Source: Lingula anatina (Eukaryota; Animalia; Brachiopoda). Taken from it: a DNA stretch of 64,000 nucleotides. The notes beneath the pieces are model-generated. The model saw only the letters and a list, made by a program, of their open reading frames with translations. It did not search any database and had not been told where the DNA came from. A program made the translations under genes and the position numbers. The stretch spans positions 10,974,001 through 11,038,000 of the forward strand of contig CM120646.1 in assembly GCA_051362555.1 (NCBI GenBank). Direction: 5' to 3'. This document shows, piece by piece, positions 12,297 to 26,800 of the stretch (within the stretch, counting starts at the first letter, position 1; each line of letters opens with the position of its first letter).

Positions 12297-15239
12297 TGAC
12301 TGTCACATTCATCAACTGTACGTGAACATCTGGGATAAAGTGCAGTGTTGACACTTCAAAGTGCATTGGTTTTTCAAGGGGTCAAAAGTATCAGGGGATT
12401 TTACTAACAAAGATCTGTGTTGACTTTTACCTGCTGTTCGTCACCTGCTGTTTATTATTGGAGCTATAGGAGGAGTATTAACGCAAGGGAACATAAAGGC
12501 AGTCGATTACCAGGAGTTTACTACTGCCTGGAATTATAATGCAATCAGCTGTTACCAGTGAAAAGAATACATTGAGAAAGGGATGGTTTTGCTAACTGAT
12601 CAGGCATTATCCATCTTCCAGACAAAGAGAACCATATGGAGGCTGTGACTGGTATGAAATGAAATAGATATACTGCACCAGCAAATTTTTGAAGCAGGAA
12701 GAAAATCATTTGTTATCCTGTTGTCATATTTACTAGAATTCTTGTCACTAACACCTCTTGTGGTATTCACTAGAATTCACGTCAGACACCTCTGCCTCAA
12801 ATTCCAGGAAGTCAGAATTGCTTTTGTATTGAGTGCGTGGTCCTGGGTGACAGATAACATAGGTTGTTATTGTCGCAAGTTTGTGGGTTGTAATAACTCT
12901 GACCGCATTATCAAGTGCAGGGTGTTTATCAGTTCTAGGCGGGTCGATTACGGACTGTGACATTGTGTTTTATCTCCTCTGCTCTATGGACTTTGATTCC
13001 GTTGTCACACTTGCAGCATTTAATATCATATAAAATAAAGTTGTGGCAGTTTATAAGCTTCTTTGCCTAGTTTTTCTGTACCTTTTCAAGTTTTCATCTA
13101 CCTGTGGGGACTAGTGATTTTGGTGAAGAATATATTGGACCTGTTTTTAATCTTCATTCTGCTGACACAGTTTTTTGATTCTCACAAAAGGAAGAGGAGC
13201 ACAGATTTTTAATCGTACATATTTGACCTTGGATGATTGAAAGGGTGAAATGAAAGGAAGAACAGTTAATTATTGAAGAAGATGTTAAATACGCGCATTT
13301 CATTAGTGAAACTGAAAACTCAGGAACTTTTCTCTTTGGATTACTACAGATAGATAAGTGATTTATTGGCAAACAGACCTTGGAAGGAAAGACTGCAAAA
13401 CAGTTGGTGCTATACTTATACAAAAAAAGGACACCACTGGACAAAAATCAAGCAGCAAAAGTAAAACGGGGAACCTAACATTCTTTGCAGCTGACAGGAA
13501 AATTGTTTTGTTAAAGGCATACCTTCAGGGATAAAGCTCAAAGCATTTCTGAGGAGGCGTAGAGGTTAAGTGGAGTGCTACATATAGGGAGCCAGCCATC
13601 AGTCTACCTGTCTATAAAGTTGAGCAGCCAACAGAGGCTTCCTTTCTGTACTTCCCTGGTGCTTTATACATACTTAGCTTTTACTCCCACCTACCTCATA
13701 CGTTGAATAACTCTGTTATCTCTGTATAGGTCAAGAAGTGGCATATGTACAGTTTTCCGTGCAGCTTCGTTTTTGGGGATTATAGGAGAAAAATTAAAGA
13801 TTATGGAAAGCCGAGAAAAACATTTCTTGAAATAGGATAGACATGAACCAGGTGTTCGCCTTTTTGGGAATGCTATAATATTCACTTTCTTCTCATCTGT
13901 TTGACAGGGATTCAAGAACAACTTTCAAGCCTTGAAAAAAGTTTGACAGATACAGCAAGTATATGTTTTTTTCATGAATGCCCTATTTATTCATCCTCAC
14001 TGAACATTCATTCTTTCAAAGCAGTCTCATCTTCTGGGTTTGTCATCTCTTTGTTTGTAAACATAGATCAGCTGACTCAGGACACATAGCCCATAATAGT
14101 CTCCAGATGGAGCTGTTAACCAATCAGCTGGCAGTAAATTACCACCTGGGCTTGGCTGCTGTTTGAACCATATTGAATTAAATTTGGAAAGGTAAAGGAA
14201 ACAAATCCAACAGACCCAGTTTTGGTATCTGGTGCCTGAGTGACTGAGATGACTCTATATTAAATGTCTACCTATGCAACCCATAACATTGGTGCGTTCA
14301 TGTGAAAGCAGTCCATAATAATTTGTCGATAAAAACTTGGATCAGGGTAATCGAGGAAGTGTTACAGTTTCTACATTGACTGGAAGGAAATCAAAACAAA
14401 GATCAAAAATAGACCTCTTTGATGCATTGAAACTTGATACAATTAAATGAATACTACCTTGTGACTTTAGGGGCTTCTGGAAACTTGTGTTCCAATTCTA
14501 CAATCATATAAAGGCAGGCCAAACCAGTTTTATTACAAATAGAGACTATTGATTTTACATCGATCCTATGAAATTCAGGTGCAGATTTGCTTGTAAACAT
14601 TGTCGAAGTTTTCCAGTCATATAGTATCGTACTGGGATATGTACGCGTACTGGAAATTTTGAAACAATACCCCAAGAAAGCACGAAGGCTCAGCTGGTGT
14701 ACAGTATTTTTTCATCTGATTTTCTTGTTTGGATTACTTTTTTCTTCTGCTGTTATTCACGGCCCAGGGGGATGATGTATTGAACTTGACACTTTCCGGA
14801 GTTATTAATAGTTGTTTCAGATTACACAACTCCAAGCTGAGAAGTATAAACCGAGTTATAACTGACTGCCTTCTGGTTTTCCAATATTTCTATGCTGTCG
14901 ATATCATCTCCCAAGTAGGATGTTTTATTATTAGACGACAGTTCTTAAATTAGTTCATTTGTGCAATTGTTGCTATATCAGGACTAGGCGCTTGGTGAAG
15001 GAACGAGGATACTTGTGTGAAATATGAAAAGCTAACACTTGGTGGCAAGCTAGAGGAAGGACTGCCAATTCCTCTGACTAGGAACTGAGCTAGAAACTGG
15101 GCTAAACTTGTGGTGCTTCATATCTTTTTGAGGCATCGAGAACAATATAAATACTAGAGACCTCATGAGAGGTCCTTCAATTTGGAGTTGCATATTTCTG
15201 TTGAATTTTTTTATTTAACTAATCTTTGTAATACCTCGT

Positions 15240-15381
15240 ATGCCTGTGCATGCGCCACCAATGGTGCAAACGGTGGAAACAGTTGGAATGGATACCTCGG
15301 AGGATGTACTGCTTGCCAATCAGGCCTTGTGGCTACAGAGACAGCACCAGTTAGCATGTCTGCAGAAGGGGAAACTAAAAC
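15240..15381 (+). CDS. Probable first coding exon of the DYRK1 gene (MPVHAPPMVQTVETVGMDTSEDVLLANQALWLQRQHQLACLQKGKLK)
   Basis: The ATG is preceded by an in-frame TAA (15216-15218). There are 47 open codons plus 1 nt, then a GTTAGT donor. This phase-1 end matches the phase-1 start of exon 30824 and gives a 768-aa protein. No homology support is visible. Confidence 0.55.
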
Positions 15382-18300
15382 GTTAGTACTCATACTCGTC
15401 CTCATTCTCTCTCTCTCTCTCTCTCTCTTACACACACACGGATTTTCACAATGTTCTTAATTTATTCATTATTTTGAGTCTAAAATAAGGATTATGACAA
15501 GAAAAAGTGAATGGGTTTCCAATCACCATCATCATAGCTGGTATGTTTCTTTCCCCCCCAATAATGTGTTTACAAGAGATTTTGTCCAGTAATGCTGGAG
15601 TACATGGACATTAACATAAAAGTTCACAAATTGCACAGATGTACAGTTTGTCCTTAACAGTGGAATAACATATGAATGTTATAGGAATTGAACATAAAAT
15701 GTGTGTTTACAAGCTACATGTACTGTAAAGTTAGGCCGCCTGAATAGTATGTAAATTCCATACCTTCACTGTATGTTAAAAACATGAATGAATTAGCAGT
15801 ATAGTATCTAAGAGGAGATGACATATTTAGACCACACGTAAACTGCATACTTTCACTAAGGCCAAGATGAAGGCATGCTTCACCTGGACATTAATGGCGA
15901 TGTAGGTGACTGGGCTTATAGTTCAGTGACATAGGAAGTGGGAAGTTAATTTGTGTATTATACATAGTTCTGTACAGAAGGATTAGATAGAAGAAAGAAT
16001 TAAAGGTCCAACTGATTGGTGTGTGTTGGGGTGCGGTCACATTGATAGTAATATCAGAGAAGAACAGATTTTTTATCAGGCTTATGTTACAGTATATTAA
16101 TTAAGATAATCTTCAGAGATCCTTCTATAGAGTCACTAATAGTTTTTATTTTTTTTTTTTTTAGGGAGTTAACAACTATCAGTTAATTCCTGGTCCTGGC
16201 ATCATGTCCATCACCCTCCACCCCCACCCCCACCCCCATTACCACTATATATATACAAAACTGGTAAGGTAAATTGGGGAATAATCCATTCTTATCTCAT
16301 TCATTTGTGATGATGTATTAAGTGGAAAAGAAGCCAAGTGAATGGTAGAAATTTATCTGTATTGAGGACCCTCGGTGCTTTGTGTCGCCCCTCATTTAAT
16401 GTTGATTTATATTCATGTGTCCTTCTCACGTTGTGGTGGGCGTAGCTGCATCATGATTCTTGATAACCATGTGAGACCTGTACAGACGGGATCTCTTTTG
16501 ACCCGAGATGAAAATCTTGATCACGTGTGTCTTGCTGAATGTCCGTCAAATTTAACTCTGATGGGTTCTCTCCATGGAGACCTGGATGGCATTTATTATC
16601 AGATAGGACTGGACCTTCCTGTATTAATGGTCCAACTCAACTCAGGTGGTTAGTTCACTGAGAAATCTTGATTCAAATCTAACTGAAGATTTAACCATCT
16701 CTGCCCTAGATATTTCAAACACAAGTATTCAGCTTTCAATTATCCGATGCTGAAGCAAGGTTCTAAGCATGACCCTGTCTGAACCGGCTGCCACTGGTGT
16801 AATTTCATGGTAATACTTCCTCCTCCTGCCTGTTTACTGTGTGTCACTTGTGTTTATTTACTTCCAAAACTAATAGCTTCCTGCAAATTTGTTCTGAGAT
16901 TCAGCTTCGCCACATGAATCACTTGTGTATTGATTCCCCTTGCTTTAACTTGTGTGATTAAGCTTGACAGTGGTATAGAATATCCAGTTTTTATGCACCT
17001 GAGTGACTCTTGTTTGACCCCCAACTTGTACAGAGTCAGAGTATCAGCATTTGTATAGTTCATGACTTGTTATCGTTATGTGACAGTGGTATAAATAGAT
17101 TATGCCTAATAGTTGTTTATCTGTTGTGTATAGAACACTTCATACTATGCACTTTGTTGTTGTTGACTCAAACCGAAACTGGTTTTGATCTGCAATATGT
17201 CACAGGCAGACCAGGTTTACTTTACCCTGTGATGTAATAGTCTGTGGTTCAGTGGGTTATCTAAACAGAGGCACAAAATTCACTCAGATAATGTATTACT
17301 ATTTCCAAGGACAGATACGAGGTCTGGTGAAATATATTCAATACAAAACTTGTATAGTGGCTGTTTGGGGCCACAGTCAGCTAAATTGATATTTGAAAGT
17401 TATCTAGAAAAATGTGATGTCCTTGGATAATTATCTACTGGTTAAAATTCCTTTAATTACAAATTGAACAACCCATTATCATCTCACCTTTTTATCCGTG
17501 AAAGATGTTAATTTTTATTTATAAACAAATTAGACTAACAATAAGCAAAAAGAGAAAGATAGAAATTGTAGTATTCAATATATTTATTTATTCAGGCTAG
17601 TACCAATGTAGTAAGTACTCGAGTACTCGCATCTTAGACCAACTGGTCTCTCCCTCTGCCCCGGTTCCTTCCATTCACAATAATGATCACGTTTTGGCAT
17701 TGTTCTGTTGAGAGGCAACAGGCCAGAGTGGGGGGTCCCTTAATCTTATAATCTCCTTAGTCATTTAATAAACTGTGTGTACCCTCCTCATGGTCTGAAC
17801 AATCCTGTGTAGACACAGGTGTATCTGACTGTCATCAGTGTTGATATGTACCCAGTCTGCTCTAGATACAGACGCAGACTTGACACACATTGTATTTCTC
17901 TCCATTGCAGAATTGACACGCTTGTATTTTCCTTCATCGCTGTTGTTGACATCCACCTGTACTGTGTCTTCTTACTAGCCCTTCTCTGCTCAACTTCCCC
18001 AACATTTCCCTGTGTTTTATACTTCATATGTAATGCGTGTGGAAAGGAACAATTCTAGAAATAAGATTTTGATTAATGTGCGATAAGTGGATGTCCCTAT
18101 TAACAACCTTGAACTTTATGACACGGACACTAGCTGTCACTCTTTATGCTCACTGAAACATGTTAACTTTGTAAAACTAAGTCCTAAGCACTTTTTGTAA
18201 CCAAATCATTCTTAAGTTTAGTCAACACTTTGATTATGCATAAATTGCCATAGTTTGTCGAAAGGAAATATTGGTCTGGACTTAAGTGAGTCCAGAAATT

Positions 18301-21016
18301 AAAAACTGAGTGCATGTTGAAATTGAGGAAATTCTGTGAGAGGAAAGAACAGAGTTAAGTTTGCACTTGTTTAATAAGTGGCTATTCTATATACAAGATT
18401 AAAAAAAGTTCAGAGAAACCTAACACTATTGTGTTGGGAAAAATTAATGCTGAATTCTCAGGTCAGACCTTTACCTTACATTTGAACTCATCAATTGTTG
18501 GAGTCCTTTTCAGTTGTGTGTTCAACTTCTAAAAAGCTCAGAGAAACTTGACACCGTTGTATTAGGGGGCGTATGCATTCCTTCGTACAAGGTGCCCTCA
18601 GAATGAAGACAGGAGGTCGGGAAGTATTAATGCTGAGTTCTGTGGGAACCTCGGATGTGTGTTTGTAAACTACACTAAGGGCAGAGGCTACGAGGTCAAC
18701 TAGGTCGTCAACAGTATATATTATACTAGGCATATTGAGTTCCAGTGTGTGAACTGTGAATTATTTCCTGTTTAAATTTCAATGCGGTGTGTAGCAGTCT
18801 GCTGAATTGATACTGGCGTAGTTTTTATGTTTAGGTCAGACACCATACACTGTAATCATTATATTGTAACAGAATATATGAGGTCAAAATTTCATTGACA
18901 ATTTGAGGCCCTGAGGAACTTGAGGTTACAGCATGGGGGTATGATTGAGTTATTTTTGTCAATGGAGAGATGGGATATGATTTTGTGTTCCTAGAAATAA
19001 AATAAGATTTTTGCCCCTTTTTGCATGCTAGGATCTTTTTAAATTTATTAAAAACACAGACACAATAGTTTTGAAAACAAAACTCGTTCAATTCAAGCTG
19101 CGTTCAGTGATATGATTACATAAGTGGTTTTAGTTCTAAGTAACTTGGGTACAAGCTGCTTGATGGGAATACACAACCCTATCTGAGCTGCCTGCAGGTC
19201 ATTTGCAGTGATGGCTTCACTAGAATACGTATAGGACTGCTCCTCAGGGAGGACATTTTACTCGGAAGGCTGCTCTCTGAAGTGAAGGCTAGGACATTTT
19301 ATTGCTAAAACATGGCAGAATGCGGCCTAAGCATGTCAGAATTCCCTCATTATATGTGAATCAGAGTGAGTAATTCTGTTATGTTAGTATTGCCACATAA
19401 GTTCACAGAGGTTACATAACTGAGGGCCAAGGTCAGCGTTGCATCTTCACTTATATTATCCTCTATTGTGGGAATTGGAGAACAATCCTATTGCCTTCCT
19501 TGTTGAATCTGTATTAGCCCTCTTAAATTTCTTTACTTGAGCCTCAACACTGTTATAGGTCTGTAATCTTGGTTTGAGGAATTTTTATACAGCTTGTTTT
19601 ATTAATTAATGGTATATTTAAGTTGATGATAAGTTTGATTTTTTTTTTTTTTTTTTTGATGGTACTTTGTTCAAATCTGGTGCAGATGTGTCAAGTTCAA
19701 AAATGCCCACATGCGGCGTGCCCATATCAAATTTATTGATATAAATGGTATTGTTATATTCTAATGAAAAAATAAGTCTGCAGTTTTCACAGTGTACAGT
19801 TGCATAACTGTCATTGAATGTTTTACAGTCTAGACTTTGTTTTGAAACTTGCAGACTCCCAACAACCTTCATTGTTGTGAAATAAGAGATGAGTAAGGCA
19901 AAGAAATTCAGAATGATATCACTTCTTGCCTGTACTGACAACTTAGTTTTTTAGTCTGGCAGAGAGGAAATCAGTGCATCACTTAGCCTTGGTACGTCTA
20001 GCTGCTTACTTATGAACCAGAGCAATTAAGGTGGAGTCAGCAGTGGGCCATTTTTTACCAGGCTTGTAGGTTGGCTTTGACTGAAGGAAAAAATAAAAAT
20101 GAATTAAAGCAATAACCCAACATTTCTGTAGGGTAACACTAAAGAAGAAAATAGATTAAAATAATTAGATTTTTTAAGCTCATAACTTTTATATTTTAAA
20201 ATGTGTTCAACATTTTTCTTGAAGGGGGAGAAATATTATATAAAATGCCAACATCCTTTTGCCAACATGTAATTGTTGAATTTGGTGCATTAGACCTACT
20301 AACTTGGGACATAATTTAATAAGGATAAAAGGGATTTTACCAAACCACATTGCTCCTCTCAGCAATCATGGCAAATTAAGAGGAATCACTTGAAAAAGAT
20401 GAAAGACAGTAGTGTTTAGTCTGAAATAAGAATGATTTTTTTTTTCTCAGTCAGACTGATCTGGGAGATCAACCCATTATTGATGGGTTGGTGATTTGTC
20501 GGGATGAAAGCGTTTGGAAGAGCTAAGAGGATAGGCAAGATGGGAGTTTGAACACTTAGATTTTTTTCAGTACCTGAATAGCTATGACATACAGTTTTCT
20601 CTGGAGTCTTGAACTTTATAGGTGTAAATCTTTTCCTCTGAACTTTTTTCCTCAAACCCATCTATTGAATCCATCACTTGATGTAGAAGGTTTTTTTTCT
20701 CAACATAATATACTGTGGGGGTGTTGTTAAAATACAGAAAATAAAAGAACGAAAAAAGAAAATCCAAAAATAAAATGAACAGTTGATATTAAAACGTGCA
20801 AGTTTCTCCATTCACAGTTGTTTGAATAGGACAATATGCCCGCAGACAGAGTGGGAGGAACAGTAAACCAAGAGTTGCGTACAGCGAGGATAAATTGCTT
20901 AGCAAGGTGGGAACAGACGCAGGCTTGATGTGGGTGTCTGTTCAAAAAAATCAATAAGGGTCCATCATGCTACTGAGTGAGCTAGCTAGCTGAGATATTC
21001 CCAGCAGAGTGGGATG

Positions 21017-21048
<32 letters not shown>

Positions 21049-23745
21049 CATAAAGTTTATATGTTAGTAATGGGATATTGTGGCTCTCTCATACAAATCT
21101 GCTAATTGTTCTGAAGTGGAGTACAAATATGGAAAGAAGACACCCCTCCATTTATTTAAATAATTTTTTGTAAGCGGTTAATACAATACTTCATGTCAAC
21201 AAACTGAAAGATTAGATATACATTTTCCTCTTATACTTGATTTGTAGTCAAATTGAATTTTTCAATCTTATTTGGCTTAGAAAAATTAAGAGCAGTGGCT
21301 AATATATATTTTGATGTATACCCCCTTCTAATAACTGCATGGTTTCATTCATGTGAAGAGCTTGACTATTTTTCAATTCCTAGGTAAGCTCTGTCTAAGC
21401 AGCATTTCTCCTCATGTATCACAAAGTGACTACATCTCCATCTCACAATGACCAAATCAAACTGATATTCATAATATATGCCTCTTATTGCAATATATAT
21501 GTAGCTAGAAGTACGATGTTTGCACTTTTCTTTGCGTCACCTGCCCACCCACCCACCTTAATGAAAATAAACTTCCATGAAATAAGCAGCAGTGTAATAT
21601 TGCATGTGAATAGCGTCATCGTAATCGACTTCATGATAGTTCAGTTTATCAGGTCTATGATTTCTATACGAGCATCCCTACACCCTGTTAGTTTTGAAAT
21701 AAGACCTATGGGGGCTAGCCAATGACCAGGTTAGTTGTGGAAGATTTCAGTGATTTGGTTAAACATGGTTAACTCACTACTGAAATGTTTGAGTTTTAAA
21801 TCAGTCGAGGTTCGAGTTCAAACTTCAAAAATTAAGGTTGAAAAGTGAAAATTAACTTGATTTCCCTTGGTGCCTTTTGAAACTTCGGTGTGAGGAATGG
21901 TTAAGGGTTATTTTAGGTAAGTGACAACTCACTGCAAATCCCTTCCTATCAACACACACATGCACGCACGCACGCACGCACGCACATACATACACAAATA
22001 GAGCATAATTTACATCTTTGACTACATGATCCCTTCCAAATTTTATTTCCTTGATTCAATGGCATGTGCAGGGAATTTGCTATGTAGTGAAATATGAAAA
22101 TAAAATTTTTGATATGTTGAGTGATTGGGGAAGTCTTTCCAAAAGATTTGGATGTCTCTCTCTCTTGAAGGATATATTGAAATATGTACAGAAATATGGT
22201 GGAGAGGGAAGGAATCAATATTTTGATTTGTAGATTTGTTTTGAAGCTTGTCAGATCACAAGTTAAGCCCCAGTACCTCTTCAGAACAAAGTCCCCAAGC
22301 AGGCCAGGTACTCTGTGGTCAAACAAGCACCTATAATGTGAAAGCAAAATATTACCAGTGCTTCTTGAAAATATGTAACAACAACCATATCTATCAGTAA
22401 GTAATTTGCTGGTTACTATCCAAAATTCCAAGTGAGTTATTATCTGAAATTCTATGGGGGCCAATTCTATGTCCCTGAAAATGTCAAGTCGACCTGGAGA
22501 TGTCAAGCCCCATGCTGTTTTGGTGACACATCAGGGTCACCCAGTGGTCTACAGATATATTGATTACACCAGTGGCTTGTTCCAACATGTAGTAACAAAT
22601 TTATTAAGATGTCGATATTCTATTGTGAAAATACCTTTTGGGATGTGGCAACATTGATTTAGGATGAGATTTTGTTAGGAAAGAAATATATTTTTATAGG
22701 CGTTTGAAAATATTTTTGAGGTTGGCAAAAAAAAAATAAATAAATAAATAAATAAATTGTATATGCACAGGAATTAAAGAGAAACTTCATATTATTGCCA
22801 GTGTTTGTCTTGGCCAGAAAATACCCTACTCCTGTTTCTGATACAAAAAAGGGCATTGGAAAGAAGTCATTATTTCTTCAGCTCTGAGAAAGAGTACAAC
22901 TTTTTAATGAAATGGAGAGGAAAAGAGGTGTTAGCAATCAAAGCCCCAAACCATTTTTCTATCTGTTCAAGATAATGTTGTACCCTTGATATTGTCACTG
23001 AGCAGTTTTACTTCCAAGAATTCTTCAGACAGGATTCATTGCAGGCAGAGTATAACATGTCTGGGTGAGATATCATAACGAGGGCACAAGGTTCACAGAA
23101 CCAGTGCTCCTGAAGGCAGTAGTCAAGTAGACGATGTCACTGGTGTGAAAGTAGATCAATACGAGAGCTTGGTGAATGGTCAGGGGAGGATATTGACATT
23201 ATTGACCCGCAGTATAAATAAAAGAGGTTGATTTTGAAACAAGCGGGTGCGTTTAAAGTACCCAAGTCTTACTCTAGTAGAGGTGTGCCATTAAGTCCAT
23301 GGTTTGTTTAATGATATTAAGACAGATATACTGTAAACATGCATGTTAAATAAATATGAAAAAGTAAATTTATAGCAGATTGAGGTTTCTATTTGCCATC
23401 ACGTACTCCATGTTTGTAAAAAGAATTTTTTTGATTGAGAATTTTTTGTTCTATTGCACCATCATTCTTGCTTATGAAACTTTTGAGGAAGGTTTGAATA
23501 ACATACAGCTCTGTCCTAAGATGTGTACTTAAATATATATATATTGTAAGTGGGGAGACAGCATTGTTCACACAAAAATGTCTTGAGCAAAGTTGGGGGA
23601 AATATTTCAGTTTGATTGATGAATGAAATAAACAAAAATGCCATTTCTGCCAAAAGAAAAAATACAGAATTCATATATTAGGAAAAATGTGTTGATGAAA
23701 ATGGGAAAACGTGTTGATGAAAAGATAATATGTATTGTGTGTTAT

Positions 23746-23897
23746 CAGTGTTTGCCTCTCTGAAAATAAGTTGCTGGACCGAAAGTCCAGCCATCTTGAA
23801 AAGTAGCTGGACTGAATATCTTCTGGGTGGGAAAACTCAGCCCGTTCTGAAAGTTGTCAGCCCCGGGCAGACGGTCAAGCCTTAATTTCTAACACTG
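23746..23897. mobile_element. hAT-type MITE, 152 bp
   Basis: The termini are CAGTGTT...AACACTG, flanked by the 8-bp near-direct repeat TGTGTTAT / TGTGTTAC. The interior is more GC-rich than the flanks and has internal gctggac repeats. Confidence 0.7.
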
Positions 23898-26800
23898 TGT
23901 GTTACATATAAGTTAAGTTTTCACACTGTAATGTGGGTAGTTTTCTAGGAATCTGACCTCAGAGCAAATCTTAGGGGAGTTCTGTGAATCTACTCTGAGC
24001 TCTTTCCAGGAAGATTTTGATTCATTCCACTCTTAGGCACCCATTTATAAGTTGTATTGGTCAGTGCCTGCATGGATTGTAGAAAGTACTTCATGGTACT
24101 TTTACCCTCTTTCAGGTCACACAAATTTTAACAAAAATTTTTTTTTCGGTTCAAGGCTTCTAAATCTAAGTGCACTAGGGTGTTGAGACCTGAGCCCTAG
24201 TGGGCTCTCTTCTCTCTCAAACCCTATCCCTGCACTTTTTTCAACGCTAGGGTCCACAGTGTCATTCTTCTTAGATTTTATTTTATTTGCTTAACATAAA
24301 CTGAATCTAATTAGAAAATCTGACATTTACAACACCCCCTTCTTCCTTAGAAGAAGTGATCCCAGTAATCAGGGTTCATTGGATTTCTGTTTACGCAAGC
24401 TTTTATTGAATGTCAAATGAATGTGAAAAAGTTGTGGTGTACATTACAAAAGAAAAAGGGCTTTGCGTAGATGTAGATTGTGCATTCACCTCCCACTCCA
24501 CCTCGCTTTCACCCACCCCTACGCCTTACTGGTCAAGTGGGCACATACACTGATGAACGTGTGTAGGCACGCATGCGCGTGCACACACGCACGCACACCT
24601 CACACACACACATCTGGAAGTGCTTATGTGTGAGCACTTCTGTCCAATAGCACAGATATTGAGACACATCAATGTGGCCTTAGATTTCATCAGACTTTTT
24701 TTTTTCTGATGCCGATTTCGAAATGCCCGACATCAATAACTGCCCACATTAAGGGAATGCAGTGCTATTTCTGAAGCATGATTACATTAAACCCAGTCTT
24801 CTGGAACAGCCAGCAGTCTAAACATAGTCTGGGTACACAGTGGAGGCAAAGGTTAAGGCTCCCCGGGATGGTGGTGGGGAGAGGGGGGGGGGGTCTGGAT
24901 TGAAGTTTTAAGGGTTCTTGGTAGGTTTAAAGAAAATATGGGTTTTCTATTAAAAAGAATCTCTTGGTAGAAGTGTAATTATGTCAGAGGGATAGTAGGA
25001 GAGGAGAGATTTTAGTCTACATCCACTGAAGTGTACATTGACACAACTGGGGTTACACTGAGGTCAACTGCTGTATGTTTACAGGCATAGGTACATATCT
25101 TGCACTGGTAGTAGCAGTGGCATTGTATTTCTACCTTGAAACAGATATTTTTTGTGAAGTCAAGTGAAATTACACCAGCATTTTACAGTTTTACCTTTAG
25201 GTATGGGTTAAGCAAATCAGCTAATGCTTTTTAATTTTCATGAGGAAGGAACAGTGATGAGAAATGAGAATTATAAGAAACAAGTTCTACTCCCCCCCCT
25301 CATCAATCACCCCTAAGTCATGCGTATGTGCACTTATTCACTATTCACACACTTGCATGCTCCCATACACTCATTGGTTTAACAAAAAATACTCACAGGT
25401 TTTACACACTTTCACTCTCACATACACTCAGGCATGGGAAAAATCAACACCATCTCTCTGGCAATGTCAACAAGCCAGCAGTCTCAGCAGACTTTAATGA
25501 ATTGTAGACAGAGGCTGAGATTGATCCAGCAGAGTTTCCAGGAGTCACATAAAAAGGATATTTATTACTGTTTGTTTTGTTACCAACACAGAGCCTGTAC
25601 CATGACTGATTGATTCTTGGGTCATGTGTACTAATAAAAAGATACCTTGCCATTATCCATTGTTTGGGGCACAATCATTTCACACAGGGCACCAGGAAGA
25701 GAATTGATGAGGTGACTCATTGTTATACATTCCAGGGCCTGTGTGGTATGATGTTAAGGCCATGGACTCTGGATTTCCTGGAATTCCAGGGGTCATTCTT
25801 GTCAATAGCAGCTCTGAGAATGATTCACAGCCTTTCAGTGATTCAGGTCCAAATGAATAATAAAGTGTTACCTAGAATTAGGTCTGATGGAATGATAAAT
25901 ATCCACCATCCCCAGATGAAGCTTTGAGTCACTGTTTATTGTGGTATGTTTGTTTATTTGTTTTGGGCACGAGTTAGCCATGGACATTACCTTGCTAGAT
26001 ATAGTCAATGTAAATTGCACATTATTCAGCGCTTAAGCTTGCTGAATAAATTCTACATGTACCTTGGAGAAAGATATAAACAAAAACAAAATAGGTTTTT
26101 TTACATTAAGTTTGGTGATTCAGAGTTGCCCAGGTGCTGATTCACAGAATGTAACTCTGGAAATAACTTAAGCTAAGTGCACAGTCACAGAATTACTGTG
26201 AATGCTTCTTGAGGATTCTGCTAACTGCACAGATGTCTCTGTTAAGACAAGGACTTGTTGGATTGAAAAATCAGAAAAACTAGGGCCATTGATCAGCTGA
26301 TTGACAAGGAAACCTTTGTTGTAACAGGGAGATTCTGTAACCTGATAGACTGATGACAGAAGTGAGACTGATTTTTCAACTCCAAAGCATGTCAGTCTGA
26401 ACACAGCGGTGAATTTCAGTCACGGGAAGAACACCAATGGAAGAAGAGTAGAGTTATCATTTAAGTTACTTTTACTTTTGGAGTATGTATTTCATTTTTT
26501 TGAAAAATCACCTTTCCGTTTTCCGTCCATTTTATTTTCTAACGAATTGTCATAGTTATTTCAACCCCCCCCCCCCTGATCAAATTGAGTGCAGCATTAT
26601 TCCTCAGGTACAACTATCATAAAAACTGAAAAGAGCAATTTTCATTCAAACTTGGTCCACTGAAGCAATTTTATCAAATGTCCAGGATGAAGCATGAGTG
26701 CTTCTAAAACTCCATTCACTCAATAGCAGTGGAAATAAGTAACTGCAATATATACATATGCAGCACATCTACCTGTCACTGTATTTCTAAGGAAAAGGAC

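Noticed and set aside
21949-22506. 185-aa minus-strand ORF, along with the many 60-140 aa intronic ORFs
   Set aside because: No recognisable domain, several have non-ATG starts or run into microsatellites, and such ORFs are expected by chance.
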